DNA of 64,000 nt from an uncultured virus (IMG/VR IMGVR_UViG_3300013094_000041) (Duplodnaviria; Heunggongvirae; Uroviricota; Caudoviricetes): IMG/VR virus record IMGVR_UViG_3300013094_000041. One strand, written 5' to 3'. Shown piece after piece: positions 1 through 7,567 of this stretch (position 1 is the stretch's first letter; the number at the start of each line of letters is the position of its first letter). A model generated the notes under the pieces. That model did not search any database. It was not told the DNA's origin and was given only the letters and a program-made list of their open reading frames with translations. The position numbers and the translations under genes are program-made.

Positions 1-222
1 TTGCCAGCATTGACCATTACCCAATATGAATTTAATTTCTTGCTCAAGTAAAGGTATCTTTGGTTCTTTCAACGCTTCTATTTCATCTGTTAGTGTCTTT
101 GCTGGATGGGTGTAGAGTGGAATAATCTCATCTTCATAAACTTTAGCCATTGCTACTGCTGATTCTTCAATGGTAAAAACCATTTTTGCAACCATCCAAG
201 CTACTGGTTCATTTGCATTCAT
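1..222 (-). CDS. phage hypothetical protein (EPVAW...IPLYTHP module), runs off the window edge
   Basis: Manual translation MNANEPVAWMV...IIPLYTHPAKTLTDE. Start overlaps the stop of the 219..944 gene. Confidence 0.6.
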   Translation of the reverse strand, partial: MNANEPVAWMVAKMVFTIEESAVAMAKVYEDEIIPLYTHPAKTLTDEIEALKEPKIPLLEQEIKFILGNGQCWQ

Positions 223-944
223 TTGTACCATCCTTCAGGTAGTGGGCGGTCAGGCTTGTCCAACACATTAGGTTGATCTAGTGGGTGTGGGAATGTATCA
301 CAGAACCCTTCAGGGGCAGATCGGTCTTTGCGTAGTAGGGTTATCTCAAACACCGTTGGCATAAGAAGGTCATCCACTTGAATGAACGGGCAATTGTTGT
401 TAGGGTGTAGGTGCACTACATGGAAGTCCTGTAACAGCTTTGTAAAAAATGTCTGAGCTACACTCCAAGAGATTTGGTTGTTGAACCAGTCCTGTGCATT
501 ATGAACTTCTACAGCGATGATTCGGAATCGGCGCATTATATCAATCGGTGTTGAAACTATAGTCGCATACTCCCCACCCTCAATATCCATTTGCAGGATT
601 AAATCTCCAAGACCATTAGCCTTGCTACGCACCCAGCTTTCCAAAGTAATATAGTCGTCTGTATTTACACCATCCAAATATTTTTTGGTAAATGAAGCTA
701 CTTCTAAATTGTTTGGCGCGCCATCAACAGACCCATCGGCTAGGTGTGATCGAATTCCTTTGCTTAACAGGTCTTTTTCAAATGATGCCGTAACATCGAC
801 TCCAGGGGAAAAGCATATGGCGATGCCTGACAAGTCGTTTGGCAACAGATAGCCACCATCATTATCACCACCGATACGCACTAAGTCATACTTTGTTTTA
901 ACGGGGCGCAATGCTTTAATTAGTTCTCTAAGTTCGTTGATCAT
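219..944 (-). CDS. FkbM-like SAM-dependent methyltransferase
   Basis: RIGGDNDGGY, SPGV..SFE, ILQMDIEGGEY and HLHPNN motifs typical of the FkbM/Methyltransf_21-22 families. Confidence 0.75.
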   Translation of the reverse strand: MINELRELIKALRPVKTKYDLVRIGGDNDGGYLLPNDLSGIAICFSPGVDVTASFEKDLLSKGIRSHLADGSVDGAPNNLEVASFTKKYLDGVNTDDYITLESWVRSKANGLGDLILQMDIEGGEYATIVSTPIDIMRRFRIIAVEVHNAQDWFNNQISWSVAQTFFTKLLQDFHVVHLHPNNNCPFIQVDDLLMPTVFEITLLRKDRSAPEGFCDTFPHPLDQPNVLDKPDRPLPEGWYK

Positions 945-1807
945 TTCATTTTACTCACTGCATTCATTACAAATGCGATAGCGTTATTTAAGCTTGGCTC
1001 TTCCCAAAGCAGGGGTTTATTGTACATAGACTCATACAATTCTTTGCTTTCATCAATGGCCTGAATGGTTGTAACAAACCAGTTCATATCTTTAGTATTC
1101 ATGTAGTTTAGATAAGCTCCTTCATGGAAATCACAATCCACCGACATGGTTCCGCTATAAATAGGTATAGTGCCGCCAGCATAACTGTCTAATAACTTCT
1201 CGGTGACATAGCCGTCATAGATAGAGTTCTCAGGGCAAAGGCAGAACTTATAACTTGGCAGAACATCAAACTTAGACTGACGTAACGAACGACCAAACAT
1301 ATTGCCATAACCATCTACGGGTTTATACTTAGATATCGTGTTGTACAGGTTTACCCTTAGTCCTTCTGGGTTTCCAGCAACCATAGCGCAAAACTTGTCT
1401 TTTTTGCTCCAATCTAAACTGCGTTGTTTAGTCAATGGATAGATAGGAATCAACGGTTCATAACCATGATTGTGGGCATTGGCTCTGCGTGGTTTTTGTT
1501 CAAACTGTGGCCATGCAAGTCGCGCATACCATAATGGCAGTCTAAAGTTGCGTCCACCATATGAGTCATAGTCAAACGACAACGAATAGTCATATCCGAT
1601 ATAGCTAGGTCGCACATTCTCGCCGATGTAACAAATCGTTTTCTTTGGATCGGTCTGTACACTTCCAAAGACAGAGCTGACAATGACATTTGCATCATAC
1701 ATATTATCGGTGTACTCAAACCCACCCAGTGCTTTTTGGAAAAAGAACTCAAAAAAGTCCCCATCAAAAGCACCATCCCAAAAGTTCACTATGCATAGCT
1801 TTTTCAT
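941..1807 (-). CDS. alpha-1,3-fucosyltransferase-like glycosyltransferase (GT10)
   Basis: YIGENVRP, RLPLW, KFCAMVAGNP and the GT10 signature YKFCLCPENS..DGYVTEKL.DSY.GGTIPIY.G. Confidence 0.88.
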   Translation of the reverse strand: MKKLCIVNFWDGAFDGDFFEFFFQKALGGFEYTDNMYDANVIVSSVFGSVQTDPKKTICYIGENVRPSYIGYDYSLSFDYDSYGGRNFRLPLWYARLAWPQFEQKPRRANAHNHGYEPLIPIYPLTKQRSLDWSKKDKFCAMVAGNPEGLRVNLYNTISKYKPVDGYGNMFGRSLRQSKFDVLPSYKFCLCPENSIYDGYVTEKLLDSYAGGTIPIYSGTMSVDCDFHEGAYLNYMNTKDMNWFVTTIQAIDESKELYESMYNKPLLWEEPSLNNAIAFVMNAVSKMK

Positions 1808-2142
1808 TTCTTTTTACCTTTCTTTGGCGCGTCTGCCTCAACTCTTTGTTGGGCCATAATGTCTGCCGCCAAACGGTCTAGATCATCGCTGTAACGGCGC
1901 AAGTCTTCATACAGTACCCAAGCCACTCCGCTATTGATATCGTCTGATATAGCCTCTCCGAGCATGCCAGCCACGCTACTTAAACCATGTATCTTGTATG
2001 CTACTTCGCTAATCTGGTTAGCTTTCTCCCAAAGTCCGTCCATCTTCCCCTCCTCTTTCCAGTAAAGTGTATCCAAATATGTAATACAACGATCCGCTGC
2101 TTCTCTCAATGATCTTGCGTTTGTTGTGTATAGAGTCTTCAT
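1804..2142 (-). CDS. hypothetical protein (an internal start at 2043 is possible)
   Basis: ORF coupled to the GT10 gene. Purine-rich RBS before the ATG at 2043. Confidence 0.5.
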   Translation of the reverse strand: MKTLYTTNARSLREAADRCITYLDTLYWKEEGKMDGLWEKANQISEVAYKIHGLSSVAGMLGEAISDDINSGVAWVLYEDLRRYSDDLDRLAADIMAQQRVEADAPKKGKKK

Positions 2143-2275
2143 CTTTTAAGTACCAGGTAATATGGTTATCTAACTTGAATGGTTCATCTTTGCGCTTATG
2201 CATCGCTTCTGCCTTTCATAAACAGAAAGACTGCATAGCAAACAATAAACACCAGCGCCGCAAAAATCAGCTCTA

Positions 2276-2458
2276 TCATTTCTCTTGTTCCTTCATTGCT
2301 CTTGCAAACATTTCTTTCCAGTATTCAATTTCTTCTTGTTGCTGGCGTAGCATGGCAACCACTTGCTCCATAAACGCACGTGTTCTACTGAAATTTGGAC
2401 ATTCAGGATTGTCAAGCATTGGCTTTTCCAGCTTATCAGCTAGTTCATTTGCGTTCAA
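2276..2458 (-). CDS. phage hypothetical protein (MNANELADKLE family)
   Basis: Coupled ORF with a typical small phage-protein pattern (AMLRQQQEEIE). Confidence 0.55.
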   Translation of the reverse strand: MNANELADKLEKPMLDNPECPNFSRTRAFMEQVVAMLRQQQEEIEYWKEMFARAMKEQEK

Positions 2459-2613
2459 AATGGCGCCTCCTCAAATGGCGGTAAGTCTGGCTTAGGTTCT
2501 TTTATGTATTCCATGGTCCAGTTGGTATAAATTTCAATAATGTGCTTTGCTTCCTCATGCCTACGCACAAGTCGCATCAGCTCACCGTTTTCATCTTTAA
2601 TGAGATACGGCAT
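2455..2613 (-). CDS. small hypothetical protein (not in ORF track)
   Basis: Manual translation MPYLIKDENGELMRLVRRHEEAK...PFEEAPF. Overlaps neighbours at both ends. Confidence 0.5.
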   Translation of the reverse strand: MPYLIKDENGELMRLVRRHEEAKHIIEIYTNWTMEYIKEPKPDLPPFEEAPF

Positions 2614-2785
2614 TTTCTATTTCACGCTCCATTAGCATGGCATCAGCAATCTCATAGGCTCGCTGGGCAGCAATTTGATCCCATTTTTTACCTTCTGAAA
2701 GGTCAAACTTCCAGTCGGCGGAACACATGCCGTTCATAATTTTTGCTGCGAAGTAATCGCGCAGTCTGCGTTGTCTATCAGTCAT
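2597..2785 (-). CDS. phage hypothetical protein (LRDYFAAK...AYEIADAML family)
   Basis: Widespread phage motif LRDYFAAK.M.G and AY.IADAML.ER. Confidence 0.7.
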   Translation of the reverse strand: MTDRQRRLRDYFAAKIMNGMCSADWKFDLSEGKKWDQIAAQRAYEIADAMLMEREIENAVSH

Positions 2786-3069
2786 TATTGAACCCCTCTC
2801 ATTAAACGTTTTAAACGGCGCGCAGCGTTGCCGTAGGACTTACGAAAGGCATAGACAGCCTTCTCTTCTTCCACGGCAGCCTCGACTGCTACAGTGGCTA
2901 ATACCATGCTTAGTGCAGCCAAGATCACATTAACTTCTAGATTGTTTTTGGGAAGCAAGAACTGAAAGATCTCAGTTGCAAGTTCGCGCGATGGATCTCC
3001 GCCAAGTGACTGTGCAATCTTGTCTTCTAGTGCGGCTTCCATAAACTCTGGTGTGTCGATAATATTCAT
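2785..3069 (-). CDS. hypothetical protein (start corrected to MNIIDTPEF)
   Basis: GAGGAG RBS before the ATG at 3069, downstream of a consensus promoter. Confidence 0.6.
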   Translation of the reverse strand: MNIIDTPEFMEAALEDKIAQSLGGDPSRELATEIFQFLLPKNNLEVNVILAALSMVLATVAVEAAVEEEKAVYAFRKSYGNAARRLKRLMRGVQ

Positions 3070-3090
3070 ATACTCTCCTCTTTTTTTAAG

Positions 3091-3119
3091 ACTATAATCA
3101 TCGATATGAATACAGTCAA
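3091..3119 (-). promoter_or_regulatory. sigma70-type promoter driving the leftward operon
   Basis: Minus strand TTGACT-17 bp-TATAGT. Confidence 0.75.
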
Positions 3120-3155
3120 TACATTGTACCCACATTAATACAATTATTTTTATCA

Positions 3156-3554
3156 GTGATTACCCTAAAACTTCCCTACCCCGCGTCAATTAACGCCTAT
3201 TGGCTCACATCAGGTAAGCGCCGCTATATATCAAAGCGCGGTATGGCCTTTAAAGCTGCAGCAGCAGAGGCATGTAGTGGGCTACCTGGATTTGGAAGTG
3301 ATCCAGTAGAAGTGTCAATCGTGTTGTATCCACGAGACAAACGGCTGCTCGACATAGACAATATCTGTAAATGTATCCTGGATTCATTACAAGGGTATCT
3401 GTACGATGATGACCAACAGGTCTGGAAATTGACCGTTGAACGCGCCGAAAAGATTAAAGGCGGAGGATGTGACGTGACCGTCAAGGAATACAGTAAGCAT
3501 GGTTCTACTGTATCCGACCGCATGGCACGTCTTGTAGAAGACTTAACCGATTAG
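3156..3554 (+). CDS. rusA: RusA-like Holliday junction resolvase
   Basis: LPYPASINAYW N-terminus, DIDN..K..LD.L catalytic motif and YDDDQQV. Confidence 0.9.
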   Translation: MITLKLPYPASINAYWLTSGKRRYISKRGMAFKAAAAEACSGLPGFGSDPVEVSIVLYPRDKRLLDIDNICKCILDSLQGYLYDDDQQVWKLTVERAEKIKGGGCDVTVKEYSKHGSTVSDRMARLVEDLTD

Positions 3555-3568
3555 GTGCGCAATGCACT

Positions 3569-3770
3569 TTCATGCGGCATGAATGCTTCAAAAAAAGTTT
3601 CCCGAACGGGAAGAATACGTAAAAAAGTGCATGAAATTTCAATAAATTTACCGATCGGGAAGTACTAGACAAACAAAAAACTGTCTAGTAACACACCATA
3701 GGTATAAAAAAAGGTTCCGTTTTGGAACCTTTAGGTACTAAATGAGCCGTATTTTTAGCGATACGGCTCA
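3569..3770. repeat. cluster of six short inverted repeats
   Basis: TTCATGC/GCATGAA, TTCCCG/CGGGAA (with a near copy at 3648), TACTAGACA/TGTCTAGTA, AAAGGTTCC/GGAACCTTT and TGAGCCGTAT/ATACGGCTCA. Confidence 0.7.
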
Positions 3771-3781
3771 GATTGTGATGC

Positions 3782-3904
3782 TTACTTCTTGCTAAAGAAA
3801 TGCTTTACGCTAGACAAGACTGAACTAACCCAAAAATCGTTAATCTGCTTGTAGTGTTCGGCCAACTGCTCTACTTTTTTGTACTGATCATCAAATGAAA
3901 ACAT
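3782..3904 (-). CDS. 40-aa amphipathic peptide (not in ORF track)
   Basis: MFSFDDQYKKVEQLAEHYKQINDFWVSSVLSSVKHFFSKK. Has an AGGAG RBS, its own promoter and a hairpin after the stop. Confidence 0.7.
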   Translation of the reverse strand: MFSFDDQYKKVEQLAEHYKQINDFWVSSVLSSVKHFFSKK

Positions 3905-3925
3905 GGTAAATCTCCTGTTAAGTTA

Positions 3926-3949
3926 TGTTGCACTGCAACAATTGTATCA
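3926..3949 (-). promoter_or_regulatory. extended -10 promoter with a palindromic operator over the start site
   Basis: Minus strand TGnTACAAT (3941-3949) immediately followed by the inverted repeat TGTTGCA-n-TGCAACA (3926-3940). Confidence 0.65.
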
Positions 3950-4169
3950 TGTATATCATCTTAGTATATACATAGGGTAAACCCTAGAACCTGGAAACGT
4001 TACCAGGTTCATTTGGGTCTTATTGATACGTATTGGTATCACCTGATACTTCTTGAGGTATACTTCGACCATACCCTCCTCTGGTATAGCTCGGTGAATT
4101 TCCTCGTTCACTTCGCGTTCGGCCCGTGAGTACACCGGGCCACTTTTTTTACACACATTTAAAAAGTTG

Positions 4170-4178
4170 TGATATAGT
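4170..4178 (+). promoter_or_regulatory. extended -10 promoter for the replication operon leader
   Basis: TGnTATAGT preceded by AT-rich sequence. Confidence 0.55.
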
Positions 4179-4196
4179 TCTTCTACAGAAGGGGAC

Positions 4197-4340
4197 TTTG
4201 GTCGGTTCTCTTATGTTACAATCACGATCGAAGCCTCATACACATGGGGTCTGTATAGTTTTCTTATGCTTGGTTGATCGGTGACAAACATAAGCGAATG
4301 ACCAAAACAGACTCCAGTTGTATGGGGCTTTTTCTTTTCT
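4197..4340 (+). promoter_or_regulatory. attenuator-like leader with mutually exclusive long pairings ending in a U-tract
   Basis: 4197-4229 is complementary to 4276-4306. 4231-4253 is complementary to 4308-4330, which is followed by TTTCTTTTCT. Confidence 0.65.
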
Positions 4341-4345
4341 GTCTC

Positions 4346-4535
4346 TTAGGTTGGCGGCTCTAACGACATCGTGGCGGCCTAAGTGATAGCGTTACCAGTA
4401 GGGAGAGGTTGAAATAGCGCATATGCCAGCGGCGAAGTTAGCACTGGTACCTCAAAAGGCTGACGGGTGCTGTGGCTCCGAAAGGCAACGGCTGAAGGCG
4501 TACCTAGGTAGGCTAGGTGCGTCCACCAAAAGGCA
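4346..4535 (+). ncRNA. candidate multi-stem structured non-coding RNA
   Basis: Stems CTTAGGTTG/CGGCCTAAG, GAGGT/ACCTC, TGCCAG/CTGGTA, CC-GAAA-GG and GGCGTACCTAG/CTAGGTGCGTC. Several G-U pairs work only on the + strand. Confidence 0.5.
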
Positions 4536-4582
4536 ACATATACGAGTTAATAGATACGAGTGTATATACGAGGAGAAGTGTA

Positions 4583-4768
4583 GTGTCGCTACGAGAAATA
4601 ATAAAAAAGCAAGCTGGGGTAATCCCCGATGCGGTAAAAGTTGGATCGGTGCAAACTAGCATCAGATGGAAAGAACGCGCAATGAACGCTCTTCGAGTCG
4701 CCAATAACCCAAAAGCAACCGATCATGAGTTGTCAATGGCCCTATCAGAACTAACGAGGCATGTATGA
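4583..4768 (+). CDS. small hypothetical protein (GTG start, MSLREIIKKQ)
   Basis: GAGGAG RBS 7 nt upstream. Stop overlaps the next ATG (ATGA). Confidence 0.6.
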   Translation: MSLREIIKKQAGVIPDAVKVGSVQTSIRWKERAMNALRVANNPKATDHELSMALSELTRHV

Positions 4769-5649
4769 AAATATCACAAATAACACTTGATAAAGGCTTG
4801 CAGATGCGGGCTTTTATGGATAAAAATACCGTTGATGATTATGCAGAAAGACTGCTTGAAGGCGACACTTTCCCGCCAGTCATTTTATTTAACGATGGTA
4901 AAAACAATTACGTTGGCGATGGCCACAATCGTATTTTTGCTCACAAGCAAGCGGGCATTGAAATCATTAACGCAGATGTACGTCCAGGAACGCGCCGCGA
5001 TGCTTTGTTCTACGCACTAAGCGCTAACGCTAGGAATGGTCAACGCCGTACTGTTGATGACAAACGCAAAGCAGTTATGACTATGCTCGATGACATGGAA
5101 TGGTCTGAAGAATCTGATCGTAACATTGCAAAGGCTTGCGTTGTATCACATGTATTCGTTTCTAAGTTGCGTAAAGCAGAGGGAAAGCAACCTGACGTCA
5201 TTAACGTTAAGGGCAATGGTACAGAATACAAGATGGCCAACCGGGCTAAGAAAGAACCTAATGAGAGTCAAGCACCAGAGACATCGGATCAAGAAGAAAA
5301 GATCTTTGAGATGGCTACTGAAATTAGATCCATGGCTGAAGAACTCGAAGCATCAGAACGCCGTATTGCCGTTGCGGCGCTGGAAGCAACACCTGAAGAG
5401 AAGAGACTTGCGTCAGTTAAGCTCGAAGAATTGGCTGCTGAGGTTAAGGCTGTCTCTGAGAATAATCGAGTTCTCAGAATCTCTCGTGACACGTATCAGA
5501 ATGAGTGCGCTGAGTTAAAGAAACAAGTAGCGTATTGTAAGAGACGTTATGAAAAAGCGGAAAAAGAAGTTGAGCTGTTGGCTAAACAGATGAAGGTTTT
5601 TAAAGACCGCGCTGAAACAGCAGAAGCACACTTGGCAATAAACGGATAG
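4765..5649 (+). CDS. ParB/Srx-like N-terminal domain protein with C-terminal coiled coil
   Basis: FPPVILF...GDGHNRIFA ParB motif, an HTH-like SDRNIAKAC segment and a heptad-rich C-terminus. Confidence 0.8.
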   Translation: MKISQITLDKGLQMRAFMDKNTVDDYAERLLEGDTFPPVILFNDGKNNYVGDGHNRIFAHKQAGIEIINADVRPGTRRDALFYALSANARNGQRRTVDDKRKAVMTMLDDMEWSEESDRNIAKACVVSHVFVSKLRKAEGKQPDVINVKGNGTEYKMANRAKKEPNESQAPETSDQEEKIFEMATEIRSMAEELEASERRIAVAALEATPEEKRLASVKLEELAAEVKAVSENNRVLRISRDTYQNECAELKKQVAYCKRRYEKAEKEVELLAKQMKVFKDRAETAEAHLAING

Positions 5650-5655
5650 TTTTAC

Positions 5656-5721
5656 GGGGGAAAGCGGGAGTTCGCTCCTTCACGACGTGAGTACCCCACC
5701 GAAGTCAGGCGGTTTCCTGAC
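5656..5721 (+). ncRNA. structured intergenic element upstream of the helicase
   Basis: GGGG-GAA...AGTA-CCCC stem, GGAG-TTCG-CTCC hairpin and GTCAGG/CCTGAC stem. Confidence 0.45.
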
Positions 5722-5736
5722 AGCATAGGAGGAAAG

Positions 5737-7218
5737 ATGTTAGAGCTGCGCGTTCATCAGCAAGAAGTTGTTGACAAGCTAAGGGATGGTTTTATAGCTG
5801 GCCACAGATGCCAACTGTTATATGCCCCTACAGGGTTCGGCAAAACTGAAGTAGCCATGTCAATCATGAAGGCTGTTTCAGAGAAATACAAAAAAACTGC
5901 AATGGTATTGGATCGTATTGTCCTGGTAGATCAAACTAGTAGACGGCTGTCTAAATATGGAATTGAACATGGCGTCATGCAATCTCAGCATTGGCGCTAT
6001 CGTCCGGATGAGCGCATTCAAATCTGCTCAGCTCAAACACTAGAAAAGCGCCAAGCATTCCCTGACATCGACTTATTGATTATTGATGAGTGCCATGTAA
6101 CCCGCAGGGGAGTCATTAAATTCATCAAGGACAACCCAAACATCAGAGTCCTAGGGCTTACTGCCACCCCATTCACTAAAGGTCTTGGTGACACCTATAC
6201 GCACGTTGTGGGCGCTACCCCAACTGGCGAACTAATAGAAAAGGGTTGGCTAGTTCCACTTAAGGTCTATGTAGCTAAAGAAATCGACATGACTGGGGCC
6301 AAAAAGATTGCTGGAGAATGGGCTGCTAGTGATGTATCTGACCGCGGCATCAAGATTGTTGGCGATGTCGTGGAAACCTGGCAGCAAAAGACTACCGAAA
6401 TCTTTGGTAAACCAGTAAAAACCATTGTATTTGCTGCTGGTGTAGAGCATGGCCGTGAGCTGGCTAAAAGATTTGCTGACTCTGGTTTTAATTTTGTATC
6501 CATTTCCTATAAGGAAGACGATGACTTTAAGAAAAGAGCAATCGAAGATTTTTCTAAGCCTGACACTAATATTCACGGCCTTATCGCCACTGATATTCTT
6601 ACTCGCGGCTTTGATGTTAGTGATGTTCTCATTGGCATATCGGCTCGCCCATTTAGTAAGTCATTTAGCTCTCATGTGCAGCAGATGGGTAGGATTATGC
6701 GCTCGCACGAAGGAAAACAATTCGGAGTTTGGTTAGACCATTCCGGTAACTTCTTGCGGTTTCGTCAAGACTGGGATCAGGTCTTCTATGAAGGTGTCAC
6801 AGAGCTTAAGAGTGGTGGCGAGAAGGCAAAGAAAGAACCTACTGAGCGACTTAAAAAAGAAGCAGTATGCCCTAAGTGCAAAATATTATGGACGTTTAAG
6901 AGCAATATCTGTGGAGCGTGTGGTTTTGCGAAAGTAGTTAGCACCGGAGTAACTGCTTTAAATGGTGAATTAACAGAGCTTTTTGCGGCCAACCAAAAGC
7001 TTTCGATAGACAACAAGCAGTTCTATGCCGAGCTGTTGTACTACAGCAAGACTAAAGGCTACAAGGATGGCTGGGCATCCCACAAATACAAAGAAAAGTA
7101 TGGGGTTTTCCCTAGGGCCATACCGAATGCGATAGCACCACCATCACCACAAACAATCAAATGGATTAAAAGCCGAATGATTGCTTATTCAAAATCAAAG
7201 GAGAGATTAGCAGCATGA
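5737..7218 (+). CDS. superfamily 2 DExH helicase with C-terminal zinc finger
   Basis: APTGFGKT, IIDECH, GLTATP, LTRGFD and QQMGRIMR motifs, plus CPKC..CGAC. Confidence 0.93.
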   Translation: MLELRVHQQEVVDKLRDGFIAGHRCQLLYAPTGFGKTEVAMSIMKAVSEKYKKTAMVLDRIVLVDQTSRRLSKYGIEHGVMQSQHWRYRPDERIQICSAQTLEKRQAFPDIDLLIIDECHVTRRGVIKFIKDNPNIRVLGLTATPFTKGLGDTYTHVVGATPTGELIEKGWLVPLKVYVAKEIDMTGAKKIAGEWAASDVSDRGIKIVGDVVETWQQKTTEIFGKPVKTIVFAAGVEHGRELAKRFADSGFNFVSISYKEDDDFKKRAIEDFSKPDTNIHGLIATDILTRGFDVSDVLIGISARPFSKSFSSHVQQMGRIMRSHEGKQFGVWLDHSGNFLRFRQDWDQVFYEGVTELKSGGEKAKKEPTERLKKEAVCPKCKILWTFKSNICGACGFAKVVSTGVTALNGELTELFAANQKLSIDNKQFYAELLYYSKTKGYKDGWASHKYKEKYGVFPRAIPNAIAPPSPQTIKWIKSRMIAYSKSKERLAA

Positions 7219-7409
7219 AAAGAATAAAAGAAAGTCTAATGAACAATACAATGAAATATGAAGATTTTAATATGACCCAACAAGAGGTTGCTGATAGGCT
7301 TGGTATGAGCCGCGCCCATGTTGGATCAGTTGAAATTCGTGCCAAAGAAAAGGTACGCAAAGAGCTGGAGAAGCGTGGCTTTAGGCTGGAGGACTTGCTA
7401 TGGCGATAA
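7215..7409 (+). CDS. sigma70 region-4-like HTH protein
   Basis: MTQQEVADRLGMSRAHVGSVEIRAKEKVR. Confidence 0.75.
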   Translation: MKRIKESLMNNTMKYEDFNMTQQEVADRLGMSRAHVGSVEIRAKEKVRKELEKRGFRLEDLLWR

Positions 7410-7567
7410 GAGATGGCGGTAAAGGTTCTACGCCACGCCCGTTAGTCATACCAAAGGAAAAGTTTGATATGAACTGGAACGAAATTTTTGGAGGCAAAAA
7501 GTTTGAATCTGATAAATGGGACTTTGATGAAAAGACCTCAACATTGACCCCAAAGGAAAAGAAATGA
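7400..7567 (+). CDS. small hypothetical protein (DGGKGSTPRP motif)
   Basis: Manual translation. GGAGG RBS, coupled to the next ORF. Confidence 0.55.
   Translation: MAIRDGGKGSTPRPLVIPKEKFDMNWNEIFGGKKFESDKWDFDEKTSTLTPKEKK

Noticed and set aside
3956..4156. 66-aa minus-strand ORF
   Set aside because: Weak start without an RBS, running through promoter and hairpin sequence.
4423..4659. 78-aa ORF across the structured region
   Set aside because: No RBS and no protein-like features. It overlaps the better supported 4583 gene.
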